Source: Nemertoderma westbladi
Lineage: Eukaryota > Animalia > Xenacoelomorpha
Assembly (NCBI GenBank): GCA_032718475.1
Contig: JAUCBJ010008675.1
Span: 44,769-108,768 of the forward strand
Direction: 5' to 3'
DNA length: 64,000 nucleotides
Shown: piece after piece, positions 39,501-51,000 of the stretch
Layout: each line of letters begins with the position of its first letter
Position numbering within the stretch: position 1 is the first letter of the stretch
The notes under the pieces: model-generated
The model's input: only the letters and a program-made list of their open reading frames with translations
Told to the model about the DNA's origin: nothing
The model's database searches: none
Program-made: the position numbers and the translations under genes

Positions 39501-40546
39501 GACTGCCTCCGTAAGCTGTTCCTCGCCACCGCGGTGCCTACGGTGCTCCACCCAGATGGAGGCCCCCAACTTGTGTCAGACGCCATCAAGAACTTCCTCC
39601 ATCGATGGGGCGTCACCCTCGAGCCTTCCAGCCCCCACCTCCCACGCACAAACGGACGGGCGGAGGCCGCGGTGAAAGCCCTTAAGAAGATCGTCCGGGG
39701 AGCCAACCACGACTCAGACGCCATCGCCCAGGGGATACTCGCGTTCCGGAATACCCCCCGCTACGGAGGCCGGTCCCCCGCGGAACTCCTCTACGGCAGG
39801 AACGTCCGTGAGGCCCTCCCCGTGCATTTCACTGCACTCGACCCCAAATGGCGCCAAACCTTCGCCGAGCTCGACGCCCTTGCCGACTCCAACCGCGCGC
39901 TACTCCGGGCGAACTATGACGGCCACACCCGACCACTCCGGACCCTCCCAGTAGGCCACCCTGTCCTTATCCAGGACCCCCGCGATAAACGCTGGACGGG
40001 CCAGGGGACAGTAGTCGAGACCCTCCAGAACCACGACTACCTGGTACGTCAAGCCAGCGGCCGCGTTGTGCGACGCAACCGGGTTTTTCTGCGGACCCGG
40101 TCGCCCACGCTACCACCCTCGGGCCCACCACTACCGCCCACCCCACCACAACCACTCCAAGAAGTCACACCCAACCCACCACCACTGGCGCCACCGGCGC
40201 CACCCGTACCCACCTGGGCCGACGTCCCCGCGCCGCCTCAGCCACCGACCGCCACCAGCCCCCCACGGGCACCCCAAACACTGACCCAAGCCCCACCACC
40301 CCCCGCCCCCACCCACACCCGCTCCGGTCGAACCATTCGCCCCCCACCACGATACGCCAACAGTGACTACAGTAAATAACATTCATTTTCATTCATTTCA
40401 TTCATTTTAACTTTTAGCGGTATATCGTTATTTACCAGTACGTTTATTGCTAATCACCCACCCCCTCCTAAGAAGGGGATATGTGTAGTATAGTGCATGG
40501 CTCTCCCCCGTGAAGTCTGCATGTCTTATATCATATATATATGTCA
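36555..40546 (+). mobile_element. Gypsy/Ty3 (Mag-like) LTR retrotransposon with truncated gag and very short LTRs
   Basis: Identical 44 bp at 36555-36598 and 40482-40525; PPT aagaaggggat precedes the 3' copy; inserted in the 45-bp array; much more GC-rich than the flanks. Confidence 0.92.
36570..40379 (+). CDS. Gag C-terminus plus Pol polyprotein, 1269 aa, uninterrupted
   Basis: Two Zn knuckles (CPQC..H..C, CRHCNTVGHYNRMC), protease PDSGA, RT (VDLRELN, DGLKGFHQ, RMPMG, IVEDILI), RNase H (TDAS, ELEAL), integrase HHCC plus D-D-E, in Gypsy order. Confidence 0.93.
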   Translation: MALPREVCMSATAPTAPSAARATAQRSRQPRPRRDQPPTRCPQCGFPPHNAGARCPGADARCRHCNTVGHYNRMCPRRPQTNAADGPATDYDDDRSTNAAEIWSILAGPELYDAPTVSSIEQLESLETVTLGFQVTKNPSFGITELQFLPDSGANITAIPFRIYSAFGGKVENLRNSNPPPQPPKLANGSRAGWVFKGVFGATIQCHALHTACTTDVWVLDGLHQPLLSRKTCFTLGILWSPILRGGRGPPDALTRQCANQLLAAPPPTPPTTPPAQPPPTPPTPTPSPTLPPNATQTWETLVTRYPRPLSGNCRVMAGGDITIKLLPDAKPSFRYSNRPIPANLEEAFDRELSDQVAMGILEPADDANSPSAWLSPMVVTRKKSDPNSVRITVDLRELNRHTVRPAYFSPDPFQVVSRVPTSARYFSVVDGLKGFHQVGLDRNSRELTTFATPRGRFRYRRMPMGWHGSSDVFNARMAKALQGVPNIGRIVEDILIYTDTIEEHPEAVARVLAACDTADISINPRKVQFCLPEVKFGGYIVSHGRFRIDPELTDDLRNFPAPTCRKELRSFLGLAQQLGNSTAEITQLIEPLRSLNSNYNSWLWLPQHNQAFEATRSALSSPHYLSGFHPDRRTELLTDASRLHGLGFLLRQRDPDSNRWLTVQCGSRTLAKHEANWSGMAELEALGAAWAAHKCRYFLDGLRHFELVTDSSPLIPVLNDRSLDQVTNDRLLKLKTALARFNFTARHQRGTKHLVADAFSRAPRHAPEPSDLLLTPEDDADREFIVNAAAGEIQPVESRDARLEQVRQVGQLDPVYRALLTTIDEGWPTSKHQITDDQLRPYFAHRADLMAHNGLILRGPQLYIPVELRHETLLQLHAAHQGLNKTRERANRSVWWPSIAHDITQAVERCQPCQAVLPSHAPEPLQRNPEATRPFQRTHIDLFQVDAKNYMAATDEFTGWPTLYRLNSDTTSVAIIDCLRKLFLATAVPTVLHPDGGPQLVSDAIKNFLHRWGVTLEPSSPHLPRTNGRAEAAVKALKKIVRGANHDSDAIAQGILAFRNTPRYGGRSPAELLYGRNVREALPVHFTALDPKWRQTFAELDALADSNRALLRANYDGHTRPLRTLPVGHPVLIQDPRDKRWTGQGTVVETLQNHDYLVRQASGRVVRRNRVFLRTRSPTLPPSGPPLPPTPPQPLQEVTPNPPPLAPPAPPVPTWADVPAPPQPPTATSPPRAPQTLTQAPPPPAPTHTRSGRTIRPPPRYANSDYSK

Positions 40547-40648
40547 GTTTGGATACAACTCTGGGTAACTTTTAGAACCTAAAACTAACTGCTTAATCAT
40601 CCACCATCCATCTGTTTATAAAACTAACCAACACCTTCCAAAACTAAC

Positions 40649-40765
40649 CATTACCATTCCCGGTTGAGCGTTGTGTTTTCGATGTAACAAACAGTCAGTA
40701 TTAGTTGTTCCCTGGGCTGCAGTGTCCATGTCATACTTCAGTAAACGGTAGGGATCACCACGACA
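40649..40765 (-). CDS. C3orf20: C3orf20-like host gene exon
   Basis: tgtatttcag| 117 nt |gttagt, phase 0/0; CRGDPYRLLKYDMD...HNAQPGMVM resembles the recalled CRYDSYRLLQYDLD...QGM. Confidence 0.8.
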
Positions 40766-40920
40766 CTGAAATACAAAGGGAAATAATTATAACCTTATAG
40801 CATTGTCATTGGTATTAATTCTCAAATAGATCTTAAAAAAAAGAAATCAAACAGTATAAATTTAATATTATATGAAATGAATGTGATAAATATAATATCA
40901 ATTTTTTTTAAATTACTGAT

Positions 40921-42520
40921 AACTTATTTAACACAAGGTTGGGTTGAGAACTTACTTGAAAATAAGGTTAGGAACGATTCTTATTTAATATTATTGAGAA
41001 CAAGTAAGTTCTCAATAATATTACATAAGAATCGTTCCTAACCTTGTGTTCATATAAGTAAATTCTCAATAATATTCAATTAGAACCGTTCCAAACCTTG
41101 TGTTCAAGTAAGTTCTCAATAATATTAAATAAGAATCGTTCCCAACCTTGTGTTCAAGCAAGTTCTCAATAATATTCAATAAGAATCGTTCCCAACCTTG
41201 TATTCAAATACAAGGTTGGGAACGATTCTTATTGAATATTATTGAGAACTTACTTGAACACAAGGTTGGGGACGATTCTTATTTAATATTATTGAGAACT
41301 TACTTGAACACAAGGTGGGATACGGTTCTTATTGAATATTATTGAGAACTTACTTGAACACAAGGTCGGAAACGGTTATTATTGAATATTATTGAGAACT
41401 TACTTGAACACAAGGTTGGGAACGGTTCTTATTGAATATTATTGAAAACTTACTTGAACACAAGGTTGGGAACGTTCATATTGAATATTATTGAGAACTT
41501 ACTTGAACACAAGGTTGGGAACGGTTCTTATTGAATATTATTGAGAACTTACTTGAACACAATGGAAACGGTTCTTATTGAATATTATTGAGAACTTACT
41601 TGAACACAAGGTTGGAAACGTTCATATTGAATATTATTGAGAACTTACTTGAACACAAGGTTGGGAACGGTTCTTATTGAATATTATTGAGAACTTACTT
41701 GAACACAAGGTTGGAAACGGTTCTTATTGAATATTATTGAGAACTTACTTGAACACAAGGTTGGGAACGGTTCATATTGAACATTATTGAGAACTTACTT
41801 GAACACAAGGTTGGAAACGGTTCTTATTGAATATTATTGAGAACTTACTTGAACACAAGGTTGGGAATGGTTCTTATTGAATATTATTGAGAACTTACTT
41901 GAACACAAGGTTGGGAACGGTTCTTATTGAATATTATTGAGAACTTACTTGAACACAAGGTTGGGAACGGTTCTTATTGAATATTATTGAGAACTTACTT
42001 GAACACAGGGTTGGAAACGGTTCTTATTGAATATTATTGAGAACTTACTTGAAGACAAGGTGGGAACGGTTCTTATTGAATATTATTGAGAACTTAATTG
42101 AACACAAGTTTGGGAACGGTTCTTATTGAATATTATTGAGAAAATACCTGAACACAATGGAACCGGTTCTTATTGAATATTATTGAGAATTACTCGAACA
42201 CAAGGTTGGAAACGGTTCTTATTGAATATTATTGAGAACTTACTTGAACACAAGGTTGGAAACGGTTCTTATTGAATATTATTGAGAACTTACTTGAACA
42301 CAAGGTTGAAAACGGTTCTTATTGAATATTATTGAGAACTTACTTGAACACAAGGTTGGAAACGGTTCTTATTGAATATTATTGAGAACTTACTTGAACA
42401 CAAGGTTGGAAACGGTTCTTATTGAATATTATTGAGAACTTACTTGAACACAAGGTTGGGAACGATTCTTGTTGAATATTATTGAGAACTTACTTGAACA
42501 CACGGTTGGGAACGGTTCTT
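40921..42520. repeat. 50-bp tandem array (about 26 units, 41207-42520) with an inverted block of about 4 units (41001-41206)
   Basis: Unit attgaatattattgagaacttacttgaacacaaggttgggaacggttctt; strand switches near 41003 and 41205. Confidence 0.95.
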
Positions 42521-42827
42521 CATCAACTCAGAGTAGAGGTGGTCCAACATAGATTCGGTATCCAGGCAACTGGGACGCAACGACGAAACAACCGATATTA
42601 TGATTATTTGGTTGCTAGGTGTGTCCTTGGTAACCAATCGTCCCAGTTCAATGTCCCTAATGTAGGGAACGAAGTAATGACTGCAGTGGCAGGGGATCAC
42701 GCGGTCGCCTAGCAACTCGGCTCTAATGACTACGGGACATCCGCTCTTAGGGAAGGTTCGCCTGGTCGGCGTTAAGTCTGGGAGGGGTCGCGCTCGTCTA
42801 GAGGAATGCATTCCATCACCCATGGAT
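42494..42827 (-). CDS. C3orf20: C3orf20-like host gene exon
   Basis: gtcctctttag| 334 nt |gtaagt, phase 2/0; ...GCPVVIR...CHCSHYFVPYIRDIE...QIIIISVVSS...LDHLYSELMKNRSQPCVQ. Confidence 0.8.
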
Positions 42828-43766
42828 CTAAAGAGGACAAAAACAAATAATTATGATAAATGTTAATTATTATTATAATTAATAAGAACCCCGACGAAGA
42901 CGGGCAGCAAACATTGGCTATATTATTTACGCAGGTTGTGACGATAGAACGTGGATCGTTTATCTAAAATCTAAACGGAGAGAGAAGTGGGAAACACGGA
43001 AAAGTGTATTTATATTAATATAAGCTCCTTATCCGTCTATAACCATGTAATTCGATTGTAAATTATTACTATTAATATATTTGGGAGGGCCACCATCTAA
43101 CAAACAAGTGAATTCATTATGGTTTCTTGTTTTTTTTATTTGAGACATGAGTTGGGAGGGGAGGGGGGGGGGATATGATGATGTAACATACAAAAAAAGG
43201 GGAGATAATCAAAAATAATAATAATAATACTCGTAAGGTAATTGTTTATGGGTTGTTGTTTAGCAACTAACAAATTTTGATTTTTTAATATTCCCTATAA
43301 AATCATAAACAATAAAACCAGCACTAGAGGAAATCCAGAACAAGATAACAAGATGTGCTAAATAGTTAAAAATAAGCTGAGATTTTTTTTAATTTTGGTT
43401 GATGTTTTCAGTGTTACGTAAAGAACAGATAGTTAAGTTAGTACGGGCAACTTCCGCTACACCTATTGCAAATATCTTATCATTCGGACGGCAAAGGGAG
43501 GGAGGGGCAGGGGGGGGGGGGGGGGTTAAAGACCTCCATAGGTTTGAGTGAGTGCTCTATTCTCGATAATATAGTCTAACCAATCAAGCTACCGAAACGT
43601 AACTGAACATAAAAACTTTAATAATTATTTGATTTCTAAACCCCGAGGAAATGTAATAGTAGCAAAATAATAATGCACATTAATTATCATAATGTGATTA
43701 ATTAAAAGTAACAACAAAATTGTTATGGGGCATCGCGTTCCGCAGTCCTCGTTCCCTTCACTACGT

Positions 43767-45770
43767 TCAGCGTTCGTCGTTCCGAGCATTGACTATCTCG
43801 TCCACCTCCTTCTCTATCCGCTCGGTGTTCTGCATCCGTTTTATATCCGTAGTTTTTATCCGATCGAAGTACATCCCGGAGCGTTGCCGTCGGTACTGGT
43901 CGAACGCGTCGGCGGGCGGGGAGTCGGAACCGAGTCCGAGTCCGGCCCGGAAACCGTCGTCGCCCCTGCCGGAACGGGACTCAAAGGAACGTTCCTGGCC
44001 GGAACGGGACTCAAAGGAACGCTCCTGTCCGGAACGCGACTCGAAGGAACGCGAGTCTAAGGAACGCTCCTGCACGGAACGTTCCTGCCCGGGACGTCCC
44101 CGGTCGGACATGTAACGATCCCCTTCCGGCCCCTCACTGCCCCCTCCCCTCTCCTCCCGCCTCCCGGGAGGACTCCGCCTCCGACGGAACGGAGGCGAGA
44201 CCGAGTTCCCCCTGGATGAACCCGAGGACGACGAACTCGACTCGCTCGATACGCTCCGACCCCGACGCTCGCCCCGACTCTCCAACTCCAGGATGGCCTT
44301 ACGCTTCGCCTTGTAATACTCGAATAACCCGTTGTGTTCCCAGCCGTCGGCGTTACGTGGCAACTCGTGATTGGGCGGCGCGTAGAACGCGTCTATCGCG
44401 AGGAGCAGCCGCTGGGTGGGGGGCACCGAGGGGGGCAGCCGCATATCGTGGCCCCTCAACGGTTGGTAATCGTGATCGGATAGTTTAACGAGGGGGACCA
44501 TCAGACCCGCTGGGAGCTGGTAGTAGGGGGCGTCGGGTACCAGCGAGGGGGGCTCTAGGGGGACGGCGGCGCCGGGGGGCGGCAGACAGGTGGGGGGCCC
44601 GTCGCCGTGGTTGTAGTCCTGGATGTGGGGCGTGGGGGGGAGGGGGCCGCGTCCGTGTCGGTAGTCGAATTGCTGGGGGGTCGGGAGGAGGCCGTAGGGG
44701 GAAGGGGGGAACCCAGGGGGCGGATGCGCGTACACGGGGGGAGTTTGCACCGCGCGCAACTCGTTACTAGCGTGAGAAACAAATTCTTGATGCTGTCGCT
44801 TCAATCCTTCTATCTTATCTTCTACAGCCTGTTGAAGCTGCTTAACCAGAACGTCGTAGAACCCAAGTTGTTCTTTATGGAAAGTCTGCAAACTCAAAAC
44901 GGGATCTTTAAGATTATCCAACACGTTATTCGAGAAATACTCGTGTTTCTCCCAGATCGTTAGGAGTTTATCTAAACGGCCTTTCTTAACGGCATCCAAA
45001 TCCGGCATACAGTAAGCGATGCTAAACATAGGGATGATAATCCCTTCAAGGACTTGTTGTAGTTCGATGGCCTTCTTCTTACGGCAGTAGTGAAGGACGT
45101 CGTTGACGAGGTATATCGTGTGGAGACGCGTCTGGAAGGTCGCGTTGCTGTCGATACAGTTGTTAAGGAGGTGCATACATATAGCGTCGCGTTTACTACC
45201 CCCGTCGGTCTCCGCGTGTTGCACCATCCAGGACTTGGCCGTGCTGATCGCGTCTTTGGTGCAGGATTCTATCAGGGGGTTGATCACCTGGTCTATCTCC
45301 ACTAACGACAACCCCGAGGCGGCGGACAGCTGTTGGGCTCGCATCATCTGCGCCTGTCGGATCGCCATCTCAATCTGCGTCACTAACTGCGCGCGGAGAT
45401 GTTGTTCGTGTTGATGGACGTTGGTTTCGCTCTCCTGTATCTGCCGATGAATCGCCGCGATGCTTTCCTGCACTTCCGGTTTACTCAGGTGGAATTGCGC
45501 TCGATCCTGTTCCGCTTTCTGCATGCGAGCCGCTTCCTCCAGACGGTGTTGCTCCATCTGGTGTTTGTTTAGGATCTGTTGCTCCAAGGTGAGTCGGTAG
45601 GTGTAGTAGTTGAAGTATTCCCCCCCGAATAGGAACCCGAACCTGGGGTTGTCTCGTTGTTTCTCCTTCGTCATCGCTTCGAACGCAGGTCCATTTCGCG
45701 CCACGAATTGGGCGAGTTTGTCAATAATGTTTTTTAAGTCTGGATCGTCCGGTGGCTGCGCTAATTCCAT
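43767..45770 (-). CDS. CHERP: Calcium homeostasis ER protein / splicing factor CHERP, intronless CDS
   Basis: SURP domain (LKNIIDKLAQFVARNGP.FE.MTKEKQ..NPRF.FLFGGEY), CID (RLHTIYLVNDVLHYC..KK), Pro-rich region, YYQLPAGLMVPLVKL, GWEHNGLFEYYKAK, RS-rich tail. Confidence 0.93.
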   Translation of the reverse strand: MELAQPPDDPDLKNIIDKLAQFVARNGPAFEAMTKEKQRDNPRFGFLFGGEYFNYYTYRLTLEQQILNKHQMEQHRLEEAARMQKAEQDRAQFHLSKPEVQESIAAIHRQIQESETNVHQHEQHLRAQLVTQIEMAIRQAQMMRAQQLSAASGLSLVEIDQVINPLIESCTKDAISTAKSWMVQHAETDGGSKRDAICMHLLNNCIDSNATFQTRLHTIYLVNDVLHYCRKKKAIELQQVLEGIIIPMFSIAYCMPDLDAVKKGRLDKLLTIWEKHEYFSNNVLDNLKDPVLSLQTFHKEQLGFYDVLVKQLQQAVEDKIEGLKRQHQEFVSHASNELRAVQTPPVYAHPPPGFPPSPYGLLPTPQQFDYRHGRGPLPPTPHIQDYNHGDGPPTCLPPPGAAVPLEPPSLVPDAPYYQLPAGLMVPLVKLSDHDYQPLRGHDMRLPPSVPPTQRLLLAIDAFYAPPNHELPRNADGWEHNGLFEYYKAKRKAILELESRGERRGRSVSSESSSSSSGSSRGNSVSPPFRRRRSPPGRREERGGGSEGPEGDRYMSDRGRPGQERSVQERSLDSRSFESRSGQERSFESRSGQERSFESRSGRGDDGFRAGLGLGSDSPPADAFDQYRRQRSGMYFDRIKTTDIKRMQNTERIEKEVDEIVNARNDER

Positions 45771-46343
45771 TTCTCAGTAGATTTTCGATTAAAAAATAAA
45801 AGATAAACGTGATAAAAGATAAACGTAATAAACTGATAAAAGATAAACGTAATAAAAGAAGCGATATTAAAATAGAATCGGCAATAACCAGATAACTGAA
45901 TACCGGTAGATGATGCGGTGATGGAACTGGCACCTACAGACGATAATATCAATCGTGTATCGCTAAATTATAGTACGGTAACTAAAAGGCAGTCAAGTAG
46001 GGAAGTAGGGCCAAGGACTACTAAGAACTACTGAAGACTACTGGTTCTCGTCTGTCGTTGCGTCACTGTCTGGGACCAAATAAACAACTCTTCCGTTGGT
46101 CGCAATTGACAGAAGTTGTGGCAACTGTGAAAAGGGAAAGTGGATCCCCAACCTACACAGTCTGCTTGTAGTACTCTCGCTAACACCTTACTGAATGGCG
46201 TTCAGAAGCGATCACGAGAACGTCACGCATCGAAGCGTTCTGCAAATGCCGATCGAGGCACTAGCGTCAAGTTTCTCCATTGTCACATTGATAAATTATA
46301 TTATTCTACTATACTGTTATATATTTAACTATATTATATTGTT

Positions 46344-46600
46344 AAAACTGATATATTTATCTACAGGGGGGTCATTACATGTTGAATCCGCGCCCAGAGA
46401 GACTCATTAAATAAAACTGAGATATTTTTCTACAGGGGATCACACGTTGAGTCCGCGCCAGAGAGACTCTTTAAACTGAGACAATTCTCTACAGGTGGAT
46501 CACACGTTGAGTCCGAGCCCGGAGAGACTCTTTAAACTGAGACAATTCACTACAGGGGGTCACACGTTGAGTCGGAGACACTACAAAACTGACACACATT
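46344..46600. repeat. 55-60-bp degenerate tandem repeat, 4-5 units
   Basis: Unit like aaactgagacaattctctacaggggatcacacgttgagtccgcgccagagagactc. Confidence 0.8.
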
Positions 46601-48018
46601 CCTCTACTGGAGTCTGGAGAGTCATACTATTTTCTGCTTTATGTTTAATTTTCAGGATTGTTTGTTACTTAATCTATTTAATTAATGAAGAACCCATATC
46701 AGGGCCATTAAGGGGTTGGGAATATTGGGTCGGAAATCGAAATAAATAATAATATAAATAAGGTAATATAAATAAAATAATAACATAAAGTACCTGATAG
46801 TAATAAAAAGTACTGTACGGTATTAAAATAAAGTGATAAAATAAAATACCTAATAATAGGCGTATTAGGCCTATAAAGTAATTTATAATATAATGAAATT
46901 TGTTGTTCATCTTTAAACAAATAATAAAATAATTCCTAGAAACTAAATAAGGCCACCTGATAACGAAGGACTTCAAAATGAGATAACGAAAGGGCCTACA
47001 TAATTTATAAACACAAAAAATATAGAAAACAACGAAAAGCAACGCATGAAATCAAGAGATAATTTAGAAACTAATACCAGGAATAGATTCTACATAATTT
47101 TTTACCCCAGAATGTGTATGTTTATCATTCAAACTGGTTACTTGTAACATAAAATAAACAACATGGCCTTCACTAGTGAGGTCTGGATTTACCATGTGCC
47201 ATAGTCCTTGCTTCAGTAGTCCTTGAGTAGGGCCTAAGAAAGTTGTTGAGATTCAATGTGCGCAGATTGCAATTCATATCTATGACAGGGTGCAGCCACA
47301 GTTAATTGTCTTAATCCCCATGTTCATTTATCAATTAATGATAAATCTTACAATGTTAATCTTACAAATCTTACAATAGCAGCTTACAATGTGGCACGAT
47401 ATTCTAACAAAAAGTGTAATCAGCTGTAATTAACGTCGATTTAATTCGAGATTAATTTAAATTCGTTGATAAGTCTCTCCCTATCTGCGTAAATGTTTGT
47501 GAACGTGGGACCAGAACAAGTTCAGAAATCAGAGGTGCGAGTTTAGGCCACGCCACCCATGACTGTACTATAACAGTTAACTACAGTATAACTATAACAA
47601 TTACTGTTATAAATATAACTATAACTACATTATCACTGTTATAACTATAACTGTTATAGTAGGTATGTTAACTGTTAGTAGGTCATGGGCCACCCCACCA
47701 AGTGGATAAAAGTGATTGTGATGCAAAATTGTGTGTGGGTGTGGGTTACGAAAAGTAAAATGGTTAGAAACAAAATATCCAGAACCAAATCTATTTTCTA
47801 TACTACTTTCATATATATCAAATATACAGATAATAAAAAACATACAGAAATTACAACTAAAGCGGGATTCCCTGATCCACTGTAAAATTGCAATACGGTT
47901 GGTTGCAAATCGAACTCATAATAACTTCCGCGAAAATACGCCAATACTCCTACTGTAGAATCCATGATTGCAGCCAAGTAAACTGTTCCAAATCAAATAG
48001 TAGGGCCTATAACTAACT

Positions 48019-51000
48019 ACACGTTCGTGGGGCCTTCGCGCAGCACGAGGCCCAGTTATTAGATACAAATTAAAATTGAGCGACTGTATCACAAAATCAG
48101 GTTTTGAGAAATTTACCCACACCACCAATCAATCAAAGAAAGGGGGACAGTACGTGTTCACCCCCTTTAATCCCCCCCCCCCCCCCAACCTTCCCAACCA
48201 CCAATACATAACCGGGACATCTACCACCCACGGAAGGGTAGCACGAACTTATTTCCAATCGCACGTTAAATATGCAAAGCCAGGTGGTTTATAGGAATAT
48301 AATAAACGCAGTACTCGTTTTCATTATAAGCCTCTTTGCGTTCGTCCTGTTTTGTATTTAAATATATTTCTTAAACGCAGGCTGACGATATTTATAATAA
48401 TAATAACTAGGGATGCGATCAATATGTGAAGCCAGGTGGTTTATATAATAATTTAGTCAACGAGGTACTCGTCTTCATTATATGCCTCGTTGCGCTCGTC
48501 GCTTGTCCTGTTTTGTCATAAAATATTTTTCCTAAACGCAGACTGACGATCTTTATACAGTTATAACTATGCGAAGTTTCGAAACTGCGCGATACATCTA
48601 TGTGGAGATGTGTGATATGTGGAGATGTGTGATACAACGCCAACGCATCTTATGCCGATGTAGTAATATGGGTATTGAAATAATATTAAATCAATGTACA
48701 CTCTTAAAGCTGCAGCGAAAAAATGTAGCTAATTTCCTAGGTTACATATAAAATAATAATATTATTTTTAAGAACATTAATTTTACTACTTTGCAAAAAT
48801 TCAATTAAAAAATAACCAGATATATACATTGTGGAATAAACTATTTCAGATAAGCCTACACAACAGCCATGCCATGGATGGTATTTATGTTATTATATCT
48901 GTCATTTACCTGAGATAGCAATACAACACTTATAGTAGAGTCAATACAGGAAGGATGTTGGGATGTTGGAATGCTGCCTGGGCTGGAATAGCAATTCTGG
49001 TTGCCTATTACAATTTCTCTCTGGTTAGTCTACAGCCACAACTCCAAGCTAGCTCCACACCAGCAGAGACATGACCAATAATCATTCCCAGCAACTAGCT
49101 GCTGCCTTACACACACATCCCTCCATCTTACCAGCATGTTAGCCAATAAATGAGCAGTATTTAATGAGAATCAATTTTTTATGACGTTTTAATTACTTTA
49201 GATCAATTAAAGACACAATTAATAAAGCAAATCACTTGAACTAATTAAAAACTATAATAGAATGGGGTATGTGGATTACATCTGTATAATTTTTAATTAT
49301 AATTATTTAAATCTTATACTGTAAAACAATTAATTTCCTTTAAAAGGCAGGTTGAAAATGGTGTTTTTACCGTAATAACTTAATTAACTAATTAACTGCT
49401 ATTATCTTAGCTTCTCGAAGGCCACAAGGAAATTCTACTTGGAAAATTTCTAAACTTTTGCCAAACAACATGTGTACCAAGTTTGGATAGATTTCATCAA
49501 AGATTGGCCGAGTTATTAACGTTTAAAATTGAACACTGCAAAAAAAGCGACAGAACGACAGAACGACACGTTCGTGGGGCCTTCGCGCAGCACGAGGCCC
49601 AGTTATTAGATACAAATTAAAATTGAGCGACTGTATCACAAAATCAGGTTTTGAGAAATTTACCCACACCACCAATCAATCAAAGAAAGGCGGACAGTAC
49701 GTGTTCACCCCTTTTAATCCCCCCCCCCACCCTTCCCAACCACCAATACATAACCGGGACATCTACCACCCACGGAAGGGTAGCACGAACTTATTTCCAA
49801 TCGCACGTTAAATATGCAAAGACAGGTGGTTTATAGGATTATAATAAACGCAGTACTCGTTTTCATTATAAGCCTCTTTGCGTTCGTCCTGTTTTGTATT
49901 TAAATATATTTCTTAAACGCAGGCTAGGACGATCTTTATAATAATAATAACTAGGGATGCGATCAATATGTGAAGCCAGGTGGTTTATATAACAATTTAG
50001 TCAACGCAGTACTCGTCTTCATTATATGCCTCGTTGCGCTCGTCGCTTGTCCTGTTTTGTCATAAAATATTTTTCCTAAACGCAGACTGACGATCTTTAT
50101 ACAGTTATAACTATGCGAAGTTTCGAAACTGTGCGAGTAACTGTTGATACATTATGTGGAGATGTGTGATATGTGGAGATGTGTGATACAACGCCAACGC
50201 ATCTTATGCCGATGTAGTAATATGGGTATTGAAATAATATTAAATCAATGTACACTCTTAAAGCTGCAGCGAAAAAGTGTAGCTAATTTCCTAGGTTACA
50301 TATAAAATAATAATATTATTTTTAAGAACATTAATTTTACTACTTTGCAAAAATTCAATTAAAAAATAACCAGACATATACATTGTGGAATAAACTATTT
50401 CAGAAGCCTACACAACAGCCATGTCATGGATTGTATTTATGTTATTATATCTGTCATTTACCTGAGATAGCAATACAACACTTATAGTAGAGTCAATACA
50501 GGAAGGATGTTGGGATGTTGGATTTCAAGAATGATGTCTGGGCTGGAATAGCAATACTGGTTGCCTATTACAGTACAATTCCTCTCTGGTTAGTCTACAG
50601 CCACAACTCCAAGCCAGCTAGCTCCACACCAGCAGAGACTTGACCAATAATCATTCCCAGCAAATAGCTGCCTTACACACACATCCTTCCATCGTACCAG
50701 CATGTTAGCCAATAAATGAGCAGTATTTAATGAGAATCAATTTTTTATGACGTTTTAATTACTTTAGATCAATTAAAGACACAATTAATAAAGCAAATCA
50801 CTTGAACTAATTAAAAACTATAATAGAATGGCGTATGTGGATTACATCTGTATAATTTTTAAGTATAATTATTTAAATCTTATACTGTAAAACAATTAAT
50901 TTCCTTTAAAAGGCAGGTTGAAAATGGTGTTTTTACCGTAATCAACTTAATTAACTAATTAACTGCTATTATCTTAGTTTCTCGAAGGCCACACGGAAAT

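Noticed and set aside
36526-40392. Many overlapping alternative-frame and antisense ORFs
   Set aside because: Shadow ORFs expected in GC-rich coding sequence of the Gypsy pol; no recognisable domains.
40921-42520. CRISPR array
   Set aside because: Pure tandem repeat without spacers; the unit is explained by the exon/donor junction.
43720-45414. Plus-strand ORFs opposite CHERP
   Set aside because: Antisense shadows of a GC-rich CDS.
46344-46600. Mini CRISPR-like repeat
   Set aside because: Whole units are homologous, with no spacer diversity.
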